The notes under the pieces were generated by a model that was given only the letters and a program-made list of their open reading frames with translations, searched no databases and was not told the DNA's origin. The translations under genes and the position numbers were made by a program. A stretch of 30,990 nt of DNA from Bacteroidia bacterium (GTDB taxonomy: Bacteria > Bacteroidota > Bacteroidia > Bacteroidales > VadinHA17). The DNA is taken from contig JAPLDX010000062.1 in the NCBI GenBank assembly GCA_026391215.1, forward strand, positions 1 through 30,990, written 5' to 3'. Shown here one piece after another: positions 26,984-30,990 of this stretch. Position 1 is the stretch's first letter; every line of letters begins with the position of its first letter.

Positions 26984-28834
26984 TCAGCTTGACGCTGCCT
27001 TCTCAAGTCTCTTAAGTATTGAAAATATGAATGTAGCTGACAGGAGCAAACAAACGATGAATACCAGCCAGAGTATACTCAATGGAATTTTATCCCATAG
27101 CAACGTTCCGACAAATAATAATTTATTACCTGCGGCGGTTGCAAGAAGCCAGCCTCCCTGCATCAATCCCTGGAACCTCGAAGGTGCTACTTTTGAAACG
27201 AATGAAAGTCCCATCGGGCTCAGGAATAATTCTGCGACTGTAAGTATCAGGTAACTGCTCATCAGCCAGTAGGGTGATACTCTGTCTATATCTGCCACCG
27301 GCGCTCCCTGAAGTGAAGCAGGAGATGGAGCTCCGATAGATCCGATAAGCACAATTAAAAATCCGAACGCAGCGATAATCAATCCTATCCCGATTTTCCT
27401 GGGAGTCGAAGGTTCAATACCCTTTTTGTTCAACCATGCAAATGCAGCCATGACAGGGAATGTGAGAGCTACAATAAAGAGCGGATTGAACGACTGGAAT
27501 ACCTCCGGTTCAATTGCATTCTGAGGACCAAATTTTGTAAATATCCTGCCAAGAATAGTTGTCGGATCAAATCCGTATGTAAAGAACAGGATGAACCAGA
27601 TGGCAACCAGGAAGAGAATACCTCCGACTATTTTTGCACTGGATTTCAGATTCTTATAGACAAGCATCACAATGCCGGCAATTGCCGCAATTACCGCAAG
27701 CATTGATGGCAAAGTGAAAAACAGGCTGGTAAAAGGTCCTACCTGTTTGACAGTATAGTCCCTGGCAAACAATGTAAGCGTAAGTCCGTTCTGATGAAAT
27801 GACATCCAGAAGAATATTGCCACAAAGAATACCAGCACAAGAGCTGTGATCCTTCCCCTCTCTTCCTTTGTTGAAGTAAGGACGATCCATGTAACAAATG
27901 CCGCAAACAAACCGAAAGCAAAGCCTGTGCTCCAACCTACCGGTTTTATAAAATGCAGGCCAAAGGCAGTGATCCCCATTGCAAAAAGGGCCGCAATTAT
28001 AGGGATCGGCGTGAATTCTATTTTTTCTGCAGCAAATGCAGCTGCCTTTGTCTCTGAAACTTTCTCTTTATCTTTACTTGGTAACAGCTTATTGAAGATT
28101 ATATAAACCAGCAGTGAAATCACCATGGCTACAGCAGCTACACCAAACGCATAGTTATAGCCTTTTGAAAAAACTTCCAGGTAATTATTTGCAAATACTG
28201 AAAGATCTGTTACCGGTCCGCTGAGATTCACTTTATCGGCAAGCTGCTGGAAAACAGTTAAGTCAGTAAGCGTACCGTTATTAAACTGATGACAGAGCGA
28301 AGGGAGAGATGCATCATGAGCAAATCCATTTGTCTTGAGCCACCAGTTCCGCATTCCGTTGGCAGCAAACGGCGCAAAAAATGCTCCGACATTAATCCCC
28401 ATATAGAAGATCATAAATGCTGTATCCCTGAGCTTTGAATATTTTGGATCATCGTACATCTGACCTACAACAGCCTGAAGGTTTCCCTTGAATAAACCAT
28501 TGCCAAGAGCAATAGTCATTAATCCGATCACTGTGACTGTCAGAGTCATTCCGGGAACCGCCATAATAACATATCCTGCAAACATTATTATGATCCCGGC
28601 AAGAATTACCAGTTTATATTTTTTCGTAGAGTCAGCCAGTATGCCTCCAAGCAGCGCCAGGGCATAGATGCTGAAATAAAACCAGCTGTAAATGCCTCCT
28701 GCCTTTTCTGCTGAAAGCCCGAACTTGGCCTGGAGAAACAGTACAAGAATGGCCATCATTGTATAGAAGCCGAACCTTTCACCCATATTGGAGAAAAAGG
28801 CTACAAGTAATCCTTTAGGATGATTCTTAAGCAT
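26984..28834 (-). CDS. POT/PTR family proton-dependent oligopeptide transporter
   Basis: NHPKGL, MGERFGFY, GGILAD, GNGLFKGN, FYMGINVGAF, FQSFNPLFI and AELFLSPMGLSFVSKVAP. Confidence 0.93.
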   Translation of the reverse strand: MLKNHPKGLLVAFFSNMGERFGFYTMMAILVLFLQAKFGLSAEKAGGIYSWFYFSIYALALLGGILADSTKKYKLVILAGIIIMFAGYVIMAVPGMTLTVTVIGLMTIALGNGLFKGNLQAVVGQMYDDPKYSKLRDTAFMIFYMGINVGAFFAPFAANGMRNWWLKTNGFAHDASLPSLCHQFNNGTLTDLTVFQQLADKVNLSGPVTDLSVFANNYLEVFSKGYNYAFGVAAVAMVISLLVYIIFNKLLPSKDKEKVSETKAAAFAAEKIEFTPIPIIAALFAMGITAFGLHFIKPVGWSTGFAFGLFAAFVTWIVLTSTKEERGRITALVLVFFVAIFFWMSFHQNGLTLTLFARDYTVKQVGPFTSLFFTLPSMLAVIAAIAGIVMLVYKNLKSSAKIVGGILFLVAIWFILFFTYGFDPTTILGRIFTKFGPQNAIEPEVFQSFNPLFIVALTFPVMAAFAWLNKKGIEPSTPRKIGIGLIIAAFGFLIVLIGSIGAPSPASLQGAPVADIDRVSPYWLMSSYLILTVAELFLSPMGLSFVSKVAPSRFQGLMQGGWLLATAAGNKLLFVGTLLWDKIPLSILWLVFIVCLLLSATFIFSILKRLEKAASS

Positions 28835-28997
28835 AAAATTAAAAGGTTAAATTATGTTCATTATTATTTGCTAATTTATCAATTAAAACTTAAGAAGCAA
28901 TGGAACAAATTTTATATTAGAAGAAAATAATAGTCTCCTGTCAATAATTATAATTAATAAGATATTTTAGAAATATCTAGCAGTCTGCCTGGTTACA

Positions 28998-30593
28998 TTA
29001 ATCTCTCAGACACCGGACACTGCCGCCCATTTTCTTAAAGTTGTAGTAGCTCACGACATTGCCAACAGAGTAGTTCATGCTCCGAGTGTAGGCACTGTTT
29101 ATATCGCATTCGGTAGAACTCCACCATAAACCATCAGCTCCAATGGAGTGAAATGGGACATCACCGGTACGGTAGCCTCCAGGGAGGGCTGTAAAACCGC
29201 TTTCATTGGTTGCTGCTGTATTAGGACTTTGCCAATGGGTCGTGCCAGTTTCTTTCATTTTGCCGCCGGTAACACTATTGTCAATGGAAGCACCGCCTTC
29301 ACTTTCACCACCCAAATAGGTTGTCATTGTTGTCCATTCTGTATCAGTTGGAACATGCCAGCCGCTAGGGCAAACATTACGGCTGTCAGTTACTGCATAC
29401 CATGTATATAATCTGCCATAAACAGTAACATTACTCTCATTACCATCATAGGCCCATTGGTATTTGGGTTTGATTTCATCCGATATATTCAATGTTGAAG
29501 GTGTGGTCGTTCCTATTAAATCACCATTATTATACCTGGTCGCTTTTAAGTTTTCTGCCATCCAAACCTGGGTACCTATTGCAATAGTTTTATATATATT
29601 GCCCTCAATGTCGGTTACATTGCCAAAAGTGCCAAATGACATATCGTTACCATACGTTGTCCCAAGCGAATTTTCTGCTTTGACCCTATAATGGTAAGTT
29701 GTACATTCAGTTAAATCTGAAATATTTGCACTTATATTGGTGTTTGAATTTCCTGTTACAGGACTTTGAGTGGAGATAATTGTGTTTCCATAGTTTGTAG
29801 TCGTTCCATATTCAAAGGTCACAACTGTAGATAAGTAATTAGGATTTACAGAACCATTTAACTGGGCTGATACAGATGTTATGCTTGTTGCAGGTATTGT
29901 TGTAGCTTCCGGAACTTGACCTAAAGTTGTAAAACTGACCATATTTCCAATACTAGTACCAAGAATATTATATGCTTTTGTATAATAATAATATGTATAC
30001 CTTGCTGTCAATCCTGTAATATTTGCACTTACATTGGCAGTGGTACTTCCTGTTAATGGACTTTGAGTGGCATAAACAAGAATACCAGTACTAGGGGCGC
30101 ATCCATAATTATCAAAATATTCAAAGGTGACATCTGTAGATATGTAGTTTGCATTTACAGTACCATTAAGGGTCGCTGACGTGGCCGTTAAATTTGTTAC
30201 TGATTCAGTACTTGCAGATGGTACATGACCTAAGGTACTGAATGCTAATTCCATTCCGTATCCTGCTCCAACACTATTAATAGCATAAGCTCTTACATAA
30301 TAAGTTGTACCTTCGTTCAGACCAGTCATATTGCTGGTAAAAGAACTTTCTACTATATCATCAGAAGTTTTATCATTTTCAATTGTTGGATTCATTTCTT
30401 TACTCCAACAAACTCCACGGGACAGAACAATAGAAGTTCCCCCTTTGGTAATATTTCCTCCACCTGAAGCTGTGGTCGTAGTTATATTTGTTATTTCAGC
30501 GGTCGTTACGGTCGGAACTTCTTCTTTCTTGCAAGAAAATAATATTGAAGGAATAAGGAAAACTATGGTTGTGAATCTGATAAGATTTTTCAT
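28998..30593 (-). CDS. lipoprotein with three FN3/Ig-like stalk repeats and C-terminal FISUMP (Fib_succ_major) domain
   Basis: Lipobox LFSC, Thr-rich repeats, then TDIEGNIYKTIAIGTQVWMAENLK, YGRLYTW, VCPSGWHVPT..EW, SGFTALPGG, WWSST and SVRCLRD. Confidence 0.9.
   Translation of the reverse strand: MKNLIRFTTIVFLIPSILFSCKKEEVPTVTTAEITNITTTTASGGGNITKGGTSIVLSRGVCWSKEMNPTIENDKTSDDIVESSFTSNMTGLNEGTTYYVRAYAINSVGAGYGMELAFSTLGHVPSASTESVTNLTATSATLNGTVNANYISTDVTFEYFDNYGCAPSTGILVYATQSPLTGSTTANVSANITGLTARYTYYYYTKAYNILGTSIGNMVSFTTLGQVPEATTIPATSITSVSAQLNGSVNPNYLSTVVTFEYGTTTNYGNTIISTQSPVTGNSNTNISANISDLTECTTYHYRVKAENSLGTTYGNDMSFGTFGNVTDIEGNIYKTIAIGTQVWMAENLKATRYNNGDLIGTTTPSTLNISDEIKPKYQWAYDGNESNVTVYGRLYTWYAVTDSRNVCPSGWHVPTDTEWTTMTTYLGGESEGGASIDNSVTGGKMKETGTTHWQSPNTAATNESGFTALPGGYRTGDVPFHSIGADGLWWSSTECDINSAYTRSMNYSVGNVVSYYNFKKMGGSVRCLRD
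29628..30233 (-). repeat. intragenic tandem duplication of a ~100-codon stalk domain
   Basis: Units 29925-30233 (LGHVP...SFTT) and 29628-29924 (LGQVP...SFGT). Shared DNA blocks include aatatttgcactta, ttcctgtta, ggactttgagtgg and atattcaaaggt. Confidence 0.8.
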
Positions 30594-30625
30594 AGTTGTG
30601 GAATTTTAAATTCTGACTTATATAT

Positions 30626-30656
30626 CAAAATTACATCATATTGAAGCTAAAGTCAA
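30626..30656 (-). promoter_or_regulatory. sigmaA promoter for FISUMP gene
   Basis: Minus strand TTG (30654-30656), 20 nt, then TAATTTTG (30626-30633), 32 nt before ATG 30593. Confidence 0.6.
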
Positions 30657-30725
30657 TTAAATTAGTAAAGTAAAAACCCCCGCAACTTGTACCAGGGACT
30701 GAAGTTCAATTATTTATATGTCAAA

Positions 30726-30989
30726 TTATTCTTCAGATAAATCAACTGCTCTGATAACCCTTGAAATGCCATTATCAAAAATGAACAAGTATTTATTTAA
30801 CTTCAGATTACCAGCAGATGTCTTTGCCCTGAATGAATGAGTCATCTGCCATCCAATTCTCTCCGGTGCAAAATAGGTCTCAAATGTCTTTATCTTTTCA
30901 TCAATATATTCAGCACTATCCAGATAAATACCAGATAAATCGAAATACATCGTGAAATCTTTGCTTAAAACATCAAAATCATATAATTC
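30726..30989 (-). CDS. hypothetical protein, C-terminal part (5'-truncated by window edge)
   Basis: The frame stays open upstream of the ORF-track Met at 30950 (ELYDFDVLSKDFTMYFD...) to the window end. It ends with ...HSFRAKTSAGNLKLNKYLFIFD... Confidence 0.65.
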   Translation of the reverse strand, partial: ELYDFDVLSKDFTMYFDLSGIYLDSAEYIDEKIKTFETYFAPERIGWQMTHSFRAKTSAGNLKLNKYLFIFDNGISRVIRAVDLSEE

Positions 30990-30990
30990 G

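Noticed and set aside
1084-30609. Numerous 60-155 aa ORFs nested in or antisense to long genes (e.g. 1084-1440, 3657-4031, 8465-8908, 14926-15393, 25574-25909, 30331-30609)
   Set aside because: They overlap well-supported CDSs, have no recognisable motifs and show typical antisense-frame composition.
1-30990. Complete DGR, retron, prophage, IS or riboswitch within the window
   Set aside because: No reverse transcriptase (YxDD in RT context), integrase, transposase or phage gene, no AAY-rich template copy, and no riboswitch consensus recognised by eye. An Rfam scan was not possible.

Overview
A 31-kb stretch of core-like chromosome from a Bacteroidota organism, most likely an anaerobic Bacteroidales. 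This is inferred from TAnnTTTG-type promoters, a T9SS C-terminal domain and the gene families present. There are about 24 CDS and no rRNA, tRNA, CRISPR array or transposase that I can see. In order: a truncated ROK kinase (missed by the ORF track) coupled to PiT/DUF47 phosphate uptake genes; a DEDDh-exonuclease/GIY-YIG fusion; a class IV aminotransferase; a lone AmmeMemoRadiSam radical SAM enzyme; an MFS-DUF1080-Gfo/Idh/MocA-DUF1080 cluster (3-keto-glycoside pathway); an HD hydrolase; a Kgp-like C25 protease divergent from a beta-propeller/Y_Y_Y/SpoIIE sensor phosphatase; an apparently exported MBL / Tat-AKR-2x[4Fe-4S] / DUF6599-like module; a thrA-thrC-thrH operon; a POT peptide transporter; and a FISUMP-domain lipoprotein. 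The most notable unexplained signals are: a C-terminal segment of the FISUMP gene resembling a DGR variable region (no RT or template in the window), a REPIN-like nested inverted repeat at 11483-11622, a candidate sRNA/16-aa sORF with its own terminator at about 6330-6430, a hairpin in the thrA leader, and the Tat-exported Fe-S aldo/keto reductase module. No clearly novel system is proven from the sequence alone. Family names come from motif recognition, not database searches.
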